A DNA stretch of 64,000 nucleotides, from sequence record KU686213.1; one strand, written 5' to 3'. The translations under genes and the position numbers were made by a program. Shown in pieces: positions 55,111 to 63,447 of this stretch. The stretch's first letter is position 1. Each line of letters starts with the position of its first letter. The notes under the pieces were generated by a model, which saw only the letters and a program-made list of their open reading frames with translations, searched no databases and had not been told where the DNA came from.

Positions 55111-55740
55111 ATGAGTAAATTTAAGAACAACCTTATAGATGCTAATTTATTTCCTAGTTTTCTTTTATCTACTGATCTAAGATCTCTTGTTAGTAATAAT
55201 GATATAAACTCAGAGTTTACTATTATTAGAAATATTGATAGTGGGTTGAATAAAACAAACGTTGGTGGGTGGCACTCCACTCTTTATACGAAGAATAGTG
55301 ATTTGTGTGATTACACTAACATAAAAAAACTATATGAACTTGTTTCTGAGTTTGTTGATGAATTTTTAGAAAATGATAAAACTAATTTATATACATCGAG
55401 TGTTAACTCATGGTTGTTGGAAAATGATTGTGGGTCATATAATACACTACATAATCATGGTAAAACTGATCTAATTGGGGTATATTATGTTAATATTCCT
55501 GAGGACTGTGGTGGATTAACTCTAATAAGAACCGACGCATTTACTCATACTGCGCTATGTGGTTCAAATAATTCTACACAATTTGCAAATTCCTTTACCC
55601 CAGATATTGATATCGGTAGATTGTATGTTATGCCTGGTCATCTTTATCATCATGTAAGACCATTTGATAGTGAAGGATTGAGGAGATCTATTGTATTCAA
55701 TATTAATTGTCAAGATATAAGTTATAGACAATCTGAATAG
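55111..55740 (+). CDS. 2OG-Fe(II) oxygenase family protein (TIGR02466-like)
   Basis: HNH...GVYYV.IP; L.VMP..L.H.V; R.SI.FN; late promoter CTAAATA at 55102. Confidence 0.8.
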   Translation: MSKFKNNLIDANLFPSFLLSTDLRSLVSNNDINSEFTIIRNIDSGLNKTNVGGWHSTLYTKNSDLCDYTNIKKLYELVSEFVDEFLENDKTNLYTSSVNSWLLENDCGSYNTLHNHGKTDLIGVYYVNIPEDCGGLTLIRTDAFTHTALCGSNNSTQFANSFTPDIDIGRLYVMPGHLYHHVRPFDSEGLRRSIVFNINCQDISYRQSE

Positions 55741-55784
55741 TGTCCACTGCCCCGCCAAGGGGCTTTTTAATGCTCTATAATAAT
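55738..55784 (+). promoter_or_regulatory. Terminator/promoter cassette before the CobT-like gene
   Basis: AGTGTCCACTGCCCC-GCCAA-GGGGCTTTTT-AATGCTCTATAATAAT; near-identical copy at 58974-59019. Confidence 0.8.
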
Positions 55785-55804
55785 TTCATTGAAACGGATA
55801 CGCT

Positions 55805-57970
55805 ATGTCAGTCAACCTAGAAGTCAAAGGCACACTTGCCCGTCTGCTCGCAACAGAAGACCTTTTGGTTGAGCACAAGAATGTAAGCACCGCTAGCTTT
55901 AACGTCCATAGCCGTGTCCTTACGCTCCCACGATGGGAGAAAGCATCCAATAATGTATTCAACCTCCTTATCTCCCACGAAGTAGCCCACGCTCTCTTCA
56001 CACCAGATGAGGATTGGAGAAAGAAAACTAAAATCCCACAGGGCTTCATTAACGTCACAGAAGATGTGCGTATTGAAGTATTGATGAAGAAAAAATACGC
56101 AGGTCTCCCCAAAACATTCTTCCGTGGATATCAAGAACTCCACGATCAAGACTTCTTCGGCATTGCTGATGAAGATGTATCCGCAATGAATATTGCTGAT
56201 CGTGTAAACCTACACTTCAAGATCGGCAACTTCCTAAAAGTTCCTTTCACAGCTGCCGAGATGGTTGTTGTGGACCAATGTGCTGCCGCTGTAACCTTCG
56301 ATGATGCTATCGCAGCAGCAGAGGCACTCTATGCCCTCCACGAGCAGCAGAAAGAAGAGCAGCAGCAATCTGCTGATGAAGAAGTTAGTTCTTCTCCAGA
56401 GAGCACCGAGGAGCCACAGGGAACTGATGGTGGAGAAAGCGAAGAGCCCGAAGAGGCACCATCTGATAGTGAAGGTGAATCAAGTGAGGGTGGCGCTCCT
56501 CAAGAAGGTGAGGGTGATGAGGAACCTATTGAGAGAACTGAGAGTGATGATAGTGAGAATGTTGGTGGAGATTCTGCTGGTAATCTTACTGATGAAGTAA
56601 GTACTATGGAAAACTTCAATGAGAACCTTGAAGATATGGCTACAAAGAGTACCTATAATGAGCCTCTTTACCTGACTTATCCATCATTCCCAGCTGATAA
56701 GTATGTTGCTACTAACAAAGATGTTCACGAATATATTAGTACTTCATTCACAATGCAACGCCAATTCTTTTATGATAATAACCCAGAAAATGCTGATTAC
56801 TTTATCAATAATCTATTTGGGGTATATGATAAAAAGTATGCCGAATTCAAGCGAAATATTCAAAGTGAAGTCAACTATATGGTAAAGGAGTTTGAGTGTA
56901 AGAAGTCTGCTGCCGCATACTCTCGCGCATCAACATCCAGAACTGGTGTTCTTGACTGCACTAAACTCCATACCTATAAGTACAACGAAGATTTATTCAA
57001 GAAAGTAACAACTCTCCCACAGGGGAAGAATCACGGTCTTGTATTTGTTCTGGATTGGTCTGGCTCTATGTGTTATATCCTAGAAGATACTATCAAGCAA
57101 CTACTCTCTATCGTTATGTTCTGCGATAAAGTGAATATTCCCTTTGAGGTCTATGCATTCACTAACGAGTGGAACCGAGATAATGCAAGCTTCCAAGCAA
57201 ACTCTGATACTCCAAATGAGTTTATGGTTGGTGATGAGTTTAGTATGATGAATATTCTTACTAGCACAGTCAATCGCAAAGAACTACAACGCCAAATGCA
57301 AACAATCTTTATGATTGCTGCATCCTATAATACTAGGGGTGGTGATATTGTTCCTAGCAGAGTAGGTCTTTCTGGTACTCCACTCAATGAGGCACTAATC
57401 TCACTACGCAAAATCCTTCCACAATTCAAAAAGAATAATAATGTTGAGAAAGCACACGTAATGGTTCTCACTGATGGTGAAGCTGGTTGGACTAGGTATA
57501 CCACTGAAATCCAGTCATATGATGGTCAAAGTAAAATTAGTGTGGGGCGATTGGGTCATCAGAATGGATATCTTCGTAACCGAGTTACAGGTTCTGTCCG
57601 TAAGATTGATAAGAGTAGATTGGGTGGTGTGACCACATCAATCCTTGAAGACTTGCGCGATGAGTTCCCAGAAAGCACTTTCACTGGATTCCGTATCCTA
57701 GAGAGGCGTGGTAACTGGTTTGTCCGCCAAGCAGTTCAGTATGATGAAACTCAAATATCCAAGTGGAAGAAGGAGAAGTCAATTGCTCTAACTAATGCTG
57801 GGTATAATAAGTACTTCATTGTTGCTTCTGATAGCATCCAAGAATCCACTGAATTTGATGTAGATGATGGAGCCACCAAAGCTAAAATCAAATCAGCATT
57901 TACTAAATCACTAAAAAGTAAGAAGAGTAACAAAAAAGTATTGGGTGATTTCATCTCTCTCATCGCATAA
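55805..57970 (+). CDS. Metallopeptidase-motif plus VWA protein (CobT-like), 721 aa
   Basis: HEVAH (HExxH), acidic linker, MIDAS DWSGS, GTPL, LTDGE. Confidence 0.85.
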   Translation: MSVNLEVKGTLARLLATEDLLVEHKNVSTASFNVHSRVLTLPRWEKASNNVFNLLISHEVAHALFTPDEDWRKKTKIPQGFINVTEDVRIEVLMKKKYAGLPKTFFRGYQELHDQDFFGIADEDVSAMNIADRVNLHFKIGNFLKVPFTAAEMVVVDQCAAAVTFDDAIAAAEALYALHEQQKEEQQQSADEEVSSSPESTEEPQGTDGGESEEPEEAPSDSEGESSEGGAPQEGEGDEEPIERTESDDSENVGGDSAGNLTDEVSTMENFNENLEDMATKSTYNEPLYLTYPSFPADKYVATNKDVHEYISTSFTMQRQFFYDNNPENADYFINNLFGVYDKKYAEFKRNIQSEVNYMVKEFECKKSAAAYSRASTSRTGVLDCTKLHTYKYNEDLFKKVTTLPQGKNHGLVFVLDWSGSMCYILEDTIKQLLSIVMFCDKVNIPFEVYAFTNEWNRDNASFQANSDTPNEFMVGDEFSMMNILTSTVNRKELQRQMQTIFMIAASYNTRGGDIVPSRVGLSGTPLNEALISLRKILPQFKKNNNVEKAHVMVLTDGEAGWTRYTTEIQSYDGQSKISVGRLGHQNGYLRNRVTGSVRKIDKSRLGGVTTSILEDLRDEFPESTFTGFRILERRGNWFVRQAVQYDETQISKWKKEKSIALTNAGYNKYFIVASDSIQESTEFDVDDGATKAKIKSAFTKSLKSKKSNKKVLGDFISLIA

Positions 57971-58010
57971 TGTGCTATAATAAACACATTAGTATTACTA
58001 TTAGATAATA

Positions 58011-58211
58011 ATGAAACTAACCAAAGAACTAATCGCGGAGATTGAATGTGCTCTGGATATGCGAAAGAAAAATGGTGATGTAGTCTGGGAAGACGGTGAC
58101 GATATTGAAGTACAAATCGCTGGCGTATATGCTGGCGATAAGTTTATTGTTCTAAAAAATAGAACAAAGAGTCCCGTTATTAGTAGTGTCGCACCTACGG
58201 TAAGTGAATGA
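58011..58211 (+). CDS. Small hypothetical protein, 66 aa
   Basis: ALDMRKKNG..W.D.D.IEV.I motif; extended -10 upstream. Confidence 0.7.
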   Translation: MKLTKELIAEIECALDMRKKNGDVVWEDGDDIEVQIAGVYAGDKFIVLKNRTKSPVISSVAPTVSE

Positions 58212-58948
58212 AAAAAGTAGCAATCTTTGGTTCATCTAGAACTGACCCAGACAGTAAGCTCTATGCTGCCGTAGAGCGGCTAGGAAAGCGTTGCGCTCAA
58301 TCTGGCTGGACTGTAGTCACTGGCGGTGGACCAGGCACTATGGAAGCAGCAAACAAGGGTGCATCATCTGTTGACCTTACTAGGTCAGAAGCAGAGGCAA
58401 TCTATCTACCATTTGAAGAGGCAGTCAACCAGTATGTATATGACTATACAAAGCACGATGATTTCTTCACTAGACTGGATACTTTCTCAAATTGTGATGC
58501 CTTTATTGTTACCCCTGGTGGAATTGGTACTCTCCTAGAGATGGCTATGATCTACCAGCTGGTTCAAGTCAATCACATTGAACAGAAGCCAATCATCTGT
58601 GTTGGTAGAATGTGGAGAACTCTCAAAGACTGGTTGGAAGAAGAGATGGTTGAGAATGGTTTTCTCTCCAATAAAGAGATGGATTACATTCACTACGTTG
58701 ACCGTTTCGGTGAAGCCACTGCTCTCCTTAATTATTTACACGCCGGACCACTGGAACCAACCGAAAAAGATTACTCGACAGTTGTTAGGAATGAAGAACC
58801 CACAAGTAGTGAAATCGATAAGCTTATGAAAGAATCTGGTATGTCTTGGTATGAGTCAAGAGAATACCTTAGAGACCTTTCGTATAGGGGAGAACATCTA
58901 AATAAACCCAACAACCAAAGTTGGGGTGATTTTTGGAAAAGTTATTAA
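58208..58948 (+). CDS. LOG family nucleotide phosphoribohydrolase with C-terminal extension
   Basis: VAIFGSSR, VTGGGPG.MEAANKGA, PGGIGTLLE (PGGxGTxxE). Confidence 0.88.
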   Translation: MKKVAIFGSSRTDPDSKLYAAVERLGKRCAQSGWTVVTGGGPGTMEAANKGASSVDLTRSEAEAIYLPFEEAVNQYVYDYTKHDDFFTRLDTFSNCDAFIVTPGGIGTLLEMAMIYQLVQVNHIEQKPIICVGRMWRTLKDWLEEEMVENGFLSNKEMDYIHYVDRFGEATALLNYLHAGPLEPTEKDYSTVVRNEEPTSSEIDKLMKESGMSWYESREYLRDLSYRGEHLNKPNNQSWGDFWKSY

Positions 58949-58973
58949 TTTAATCAATTTGACCACCTATCAA

Positions 58974-59019
58974 AGTGACCACTGCCCCACTATGGGGCTT
59001 TTTTATGCTCTATAATAAT
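58974..59019 (+). promoter_or_regulatory. Terminator/promoter cassette before cobS
   Basis: AGTGACCACTGCCCC-ACTAT-GGGGCTTTTTT-ATGCTCTATAATAAT. Confidence 0.8.
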
Positions 59020-59040
59020 CACATACAACACAAGCCAACT

Positions 59041-60159
59041 ATGCCTCGCAAACTCGCTATGACTACCCAAGAGATGCTGGACAATCTGCGCTCCAATTTT
59101 AGTGAGGAGATTTCTGCTGCTGATGTTCGTGCCTTCTGTGCCTCACAAGGCTTGGCTTATCAGACAGTAACCCGCCGCCTAGAAGAATATAAGTCAGGTC
59201 GCGGTAAGTGGAACCTTAATATCTCCCAAGTAAAAGCAGAACTTGAGCACACAGTAGAAGCTCCTTCTGCTGTAAAAGCAACTCCTATGGTTGAGCAGAA
59301 CCTAGTTCCTGCTAAAGACTCAACCTTTGTTCCATTCGGAAACTTCGCTGATGTAAAGCAAGTAATCAAGTCAAATCTATTCTATCCCACATTCATTACT
59401 GGTCTTTCTGGTAATGGTAAGACTTTCAGTGTGGAGCAAGCTTGCGCTCAACTAGGACGCGAACTTATCCGTGTAAACATTACTATTGAAACTGATGAAG
59501 ACGATCTTATCGGCGGTTTCCGTCTTGTTGATGGTGCTACTGTTTGGCATAATGGTCCCGTTATTGAGGCACTCCAGCGAGGTGCAGTCCTCTTGCTTGA
59601 CGAGATTGACCTGGCATCCAACAAAATCCTATGTCTGCAGAGCATTCTTGAGGGCAAGGGGATTTTCCTTAAGAAGATTGGACAGTACATCACTCCAAGA
59701 GAGGGATTCAATGTTATCGCGACTGCGAATACAAAGGGTAAGGGATCAGATGACGGTCGTTTTATCGGCACCAACGTTCTGAATGAAGCCTTCCTTGAGC
59801 GCTTTCCAATCACCTTCGAGCAGTCATATCCTTCCGTAGCAATCGAAACCAAGATGCTCAAGGGATACGCCAAGACCTTGAATATTGATGATGCTATCTT
59901 CTGTAAGCGCCTAGCTGATTGGGGTGATATTATCCGTAAGACCTTCTATGATGGTGGTGTTGATGAAATCATCTCTACCCGCCGCCTAGTCCATATCCTT
60001 CGCGCTTACAGCATCTTTGGAGATAAAGGTAAGGCAATCAACATCTGTCTCAACCGATTTGATGATGAAACTCGCCAGTCCTTTATGGACCTATACGGTG
60101 CTGTGGACAATGAAGTTGACTTCCAAGAAGGTCAGCAAAACAATGAAACCGTGGTATAA
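59041..60159 (+). CDS. cobS: CobS-like MoxR-family AAA+ ATPase
   Basis: GLSGNGKT; LLLDEID; ATANTKG.GS.DGRF; EAFLERF; start ATG 59041 after the cassette. Confidence 0.9.
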   Translation: MPRKLAMTTQEMLDNLRSNFSEEISAADVRAFCASQGLAYQTVTRRLEEYKSGRGKWNLNISQVKAELEHTVEAPSAVKATPMVEQNLVPAKDSTFVPFGNFADVKQVIKSNLFYPTFITGLSGNGKTFSVEQACAQLGRELIRVNITIETDEDDLIGGFRLVDGATVWHNGPVIEALQRGAVLLLDEIDLASNKILCLQSILEGKGIFLKKIGQYITPREGFNVIATANTKGKGSDDGRFIGTNVLNEAFLERFPITFEQSYPSVAIETKMLKGYAKTLNIDDAIFCKRLADWGDIIRKTFYDGGVDEIISTRRLVHILRAYSIFGDKGKAINICLNRFDDETRQSFMDLYGAVDNEVDFQEGQQNNETVV

Positions 60160-60174
60160 TATAGAGGTAATCCT

Positions 60175-60624
60175 ATGACTAACTCCTGGGCTATGCTACA
60201 AGAAGAACTAGAAGCGATGCGTGATCGTGGTTATGAAATGTCCGCTGAAGGCATCTGGATGGGACGAGATCAATTAACCGAAGAAGTTGTCGTCACAGAG
60301 ACTGCAAAAGATGCTAACTTTTGGAAGTATAGTGAGGGCAAAATCCTCCGTGAGATTGAAGCATACTTATCTGGTACCTATAAGGGTCACTATGTAGCCG
60401 ATGATAGTAAGATCCAAACTCTGGACCTTATTGATTCCATTGGCGATAGTGAGGCATTCTGCCGCAGTAATGCTATCAAGTATCTTTCACGCTTCGGTAA
60501 GAAGAATGGTAAGAATCGCCAAGACATCTTGAAGGTTATTCACTATGCTATCCTTCTATATCACTTCGCAGATCTTCCATTCAGTGAAGATGCAGTAGAA
60601 ACACATAGCCCAACCGGGCGATAA
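60175..60624 (+). CDS. Conserved hypothetical protein (DUF3310-like)
   Basis: KY.E..IL.EI..Y...TY..HY; FCRSNAIKYL.RFGKK; extended -10 TGGTATAAT at 60152-60160. Confidence 0.7.
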   Translation: MTNSWAMLQEELEAMRDRGYEMSAEGIWMGRDQLTEEVVVTETAKDANFWKYSEGKILREIEAYLSGTYKGHYVADDSKIQTLDLIDSIGDSEAFCRSNAIKYLSRFGKKNGKNRQDILKVIHYAILLYHFADLPFSEDAVETHSPTGR

Positions 60625-60676
60625 TGTGCTATAATCATTACACTCCTCAAACAACCCCCAAAAATATCTATTTGTT

Positions 60677-61345
60677 ATGAAACTATCTGACTCAACTATT
60701 TCAGTTCTTAAGAACTTCAGCTCTATCAACCAGAGCATCATCGTTGGTGAAGGCAACACCTTGAGAACTATTTCAGTTATGAAAAATATACTAGCTGAAG
60801 CAACTGTTGAGGAGACCTTCCCTCGCACCTTCGCAATCTATGATCTCAATGAGTTCCTAAACGGTCTATCACTCCACGATGACTACACCCTAGACTTCTC
60901 TAACGACACCTACGTTGTTATCCGTGAAGGTCGCCGCCGTGTGAACTATCACTTCGCTGACCCAGAGGTCATCGTAGCACCCCCTGAGAAGCAGCTTGTA
61001 CTCCCTTCTAGCGATGTACGCTTCCAGTTGGATCATTCACAGCTTCTACAGCTTGTGAAGGCAGCCAGCGTCTATAAGCTCCCTGACCTTTCTGTTGTTG
61101 GTGAAGAAGGAACCATTAGCTTGGTTGTCCGCGATAAGAAGAATGACTCTTCTAACATCTTCTCTGTTGATGTTGGTGAGACCACTGATGACTTCTGCTT
61201 CAACTTCAAGGTTGAGAACACAAACAAAATCCTCGCAGGAAACTACGATGTTGTGATCTCCCAGAAGCTTCTAGCACAGTTCACAGGGCAGAAGAATGGG
61301 GTCGAGTACTTCATTGCTCTTGAACCAGATTCCAGCTTCGGCTGA
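60677..61345 (+). CDS. g45: Sliding clamp gp45
   Basis: MKLS..T..VLKNFSSINQSI; FAIYDLNEFL; YFIALEPDS. Confidence 0.96.
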   Translation: MKLSDSTISVLKNFSSINQSIIVGEGNTLRTISVMKNILAEATVEETFPRTFAIYDLNEFLNGLSLHDDYTLDFSNDTYVVIREGRRRVNYHFADPEVIVAPPEKQLVLPSSDVRFQLDHSQLLQLVKAASVYKLPDLSVVGEEGTISLVVRDKKNDSSNIFSVDVGETTDDFCFNFKVENTNKILAGNYDVVISQKLLAQFTGQKNGVEYFIALEPDSSFG

Positions 61346-61353
61346 TACACAGA

Positions 61354-61378
61354 GCCTCCCGTAAGGGGGGCTTTTTTT
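61354..61378 (+). terminator. Intrinsic terminator after g45
   Basis: GCCTCCC-GTAA-GGGGGGC followed by T7; same stem as 3279-3302. Confidence 0.85.
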
Positions 61379-61407
61379 ATGCTATATATTATAGATTAGA
61401 TTATATT

Positions 61408-61602
61408 ATGACTTATATCGCTACACCTAGACTTACAGAATATACAGTAGTATTCAGAGCGCATCCCAGACCAGACGGAGCCAAATCATTTCGTACCATC
61501 TATGCATATACATTAGAAGAGGCAACAAAGGGTATCTATCATTTACCGAACACAAATAATATCGTTGAAGTCACTGATTGCTTTCCTACCATCCGAAACT
61601 AA
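61408..61602 (+). CDS. Small hypothetical protein, 64 aa
   Basis: ORF only. Confidence 0.55.
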   Translation: MTYIATPRLTEYTVVFRAHPRPDGAKSFRTIYAYTLEEATKGIYHLPNTNNIVEVTDCFPTIRN

Positions 61603-61619
61603 AATGAGTGTAAATACTC

Positions 61620-61772
61620 ATATCTATTAAAAGTGTAATGGGTTATACTGTATCCATAGCGAACCGAGCGCTTTATATTCGGCTTTCCTTGTAAATTCCA
61701 AGGACATGGTTACGGAATCTGGGGAACGGAAAGCCCTAGATGCTATACTGCCCCCGTAAGGGGGTTTTTTTT
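61620..61772 (+). ncRNA. Candidate structured RNA
   Basis: No long ORF; GTAAATA late-like box at 61610-61616; perfect GGCTTTCC/GGAAAGCC stem (61681-61688/61728-61735); ATAGC/GCTAT; terminator CCCC-GTAA-GGGG-T9 at 61752-61772. Confidence 0.35.
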
Positions 61773-61804
61773 GTGCCTAAATAAATCAAAATACTTTTAA
61801 TATT

Positions 61805-62260
61805 ATGTCTGGTATTACTACATATCGTTGGGCAGATGAACTTGGCGAATATCTACTTGGAATTACAGCAGATCCTGGTGTTGAATATACAATTCCTGCC
61901 ATTGTAGGTAATAGGGATTATGATACTTTTGTTGCTCTTGGAGTTACTGCACTACCATATGTACCCCCAGTAATAGTTCATAGTCCAGATTATATGGCAT
62001 TTTGGATTGGTTTGATATCATCCCCATATTATGTTAAAGTTAAAACTGGAGCATCTACCGACTTACAAACAAACACCTCAGCAACGGAGTTTATTGCATT
62101 GATGGGAGATGCTAAAGGTGGTATGCGGATCGAATCAGCACTACAAACCTCATTCGATGAACTTCTCACCTTAGTTCCTGCTGATGCTGCGGATCAGTTG
62201 TACTTGGATAATCTTCTAGTACAGACTCATTTAGATCAGACTTTCACCTTAAATTATTGA
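61805..62260 (+). CDS. Hypothetical late protein, 151 aa
   Basis: Late promoter CTAAATA at 61777-61783. Confidence 0.7.
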   Translation: MSGITTYRWADELGEYLLGITADPGVEYTIPAIVGNRDYDTFVALGVTALPYVPPVIVHSPDYMAFWIGLISSPYYVKVKTGASTDLQTNTSATEFIALMGDAKGGMRIESALQTSFDELLTLVPADAADQLYLDNLLVQTHLDQTFTLNY

Positions 62261-62313
62261 TAGTTTTATCATATGATAAATACTATTGATTATGTGTAAA
62301 TGTTATAATTGTC

Positions 62314-63345
62314 ATGGGTCGCAAAAAAAATACTTACCAAATCTATAGAGAGGATGTTTTTGATATAGATCTTCCTGAAATAAATTATTCTTTCGATTCT
62401 GTTTTTGCAGAACTTAAGGGTGAGTTGAAGGAAGGTAGTATCAGAAACTCCAAAAAAATTAAAAAGCGGGCACCACCCAAGCCAAAGAAAACTGTAGTAG
62501 AGCAAAAACATACCTTACGTAGTGTAGAAGATATTGCATCTAAGTTGGATAGGCTTGAAAGAACGCATCCAACTATAACTGAAAACACAAATGATCCATT
62601 AGCATTATCCAACACTCCCGAGTATATGACTCAAAGGGAGTTTCAGAAGCATTATAAGTTACTATTAGATCGCGTACAGATACAGTTAGGTTCATTAGGT
62701 GGCGGTGGTGCTGTTGCTATCCGAGATATGGAGGATGTTGAAACAGCTTTCATAACGGATCCAGCAACATTAGATGGCGCAACGATGAAGATGCGCTATA
62801 ACTCAACTCAAAAAGTATTGGAGTTTTATGGTGATAATACTACATTATTAGATCAAAGAACTATATCTGGTACGGCAGATATTAATGTTAATTTCCTCAA
62901 TAATAATTTTGAAATTTCATTGAGTGAGAGTATAACACTTCCAGGTACACTTAATACCATTGGAATCACCTCATTAGCTTCAAGTGGTGCAGATACTAAT
63001 ATTGGTGGAGATATTCTAGTAACAGGAATGGCAAAAGCTACTAAATTTACTACAACTTCAGATGAAAGATTAAAAACTAATATTGCAAAGATTGAAGATC
63101 CACTTGAGGTTATTTCACATCTTGAGGGTGTTAAGTTTAACTGGATTGCTGATGGTAGCGATGATGTTGGACTAATCGCTCAGGATGTTGAGAGGTGTTT
63201 ACCTGAAGCTGTTACAGAACATAAAGATGTTAAGAGTGTTAATTACAATGGGGTAGTAGGATTGCTTGTGGAATCTGTTAAGGAGTTGTCGAAAGATAAT
63301 CAATTACTGAGGATGGAGATTGAATCATTAAAGAGAAGACTCTGA
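62314..63345 (+). CDS. Fibre-associated protein with C-terminal intramolecular chaperone (peptidase S74) domain
   Basis: SDERLKTNI..I..PL..I..L.GV.F.W; GLIAQDVE..LPEAV; VNY.G.VGLLVE.VKEL; late promoter at 62275. Confidence 0.85.
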   Translation: MGRKKNTYQIYREDVFDIDLPEINYSFDSVFAELKGELKEGSIRNSKKIKKRAPPKPKKTVVEQKHTLRSVEDIASKLDRLERTHPTITENTNDPLALSNTPEYMTQREFQKHYKLLLDRVQIQLGSLGGGGAVAIRDMEDVETAFITDPATLDGATMKMRYNSTQKVLEFYGDNTTLLDQRTISGTADINVNFLNNNFEISLSESITLPGTLNTIGITSLASSGADTNIGGDILVTGMAKATKFTTTSDERLKTNIAKIEDPLEVISHLEGVKFNWIADGSDDVGLIAQDVERCLPEAVTEHKDVKSVNYNGVVGLLVESVKELSKDNQLLRMEIESLKRRL

Positions 63346-63447
63346 TATACATATTTTTATAAATATTAACCGTATTCCCATGTTTAATTGGGGGGAATAT
63401 GCTACATCATGTGTACGTACTCGTGTAGTGTATAAAAGAAGGTAAAG

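Noticed and set aside
55805-60159. Cobalamin biosynthesis function or a B12 riboswitch (CCACTG seen upstream)
   Set aside because: CCACTG is part of a short terminator/promoter cassette with no room for the B12 riboswitch core, and there is no CobN; the CobS/CobT names reflect family homology only.
61681-61740. Glutamine (glnA or downstream-peptide) riboswitch suggested by GGAACGG
   Set aside because: The complementary 5' CGUUC strand is absent upstream and the element ends in a terminator rather than leading into a gene.
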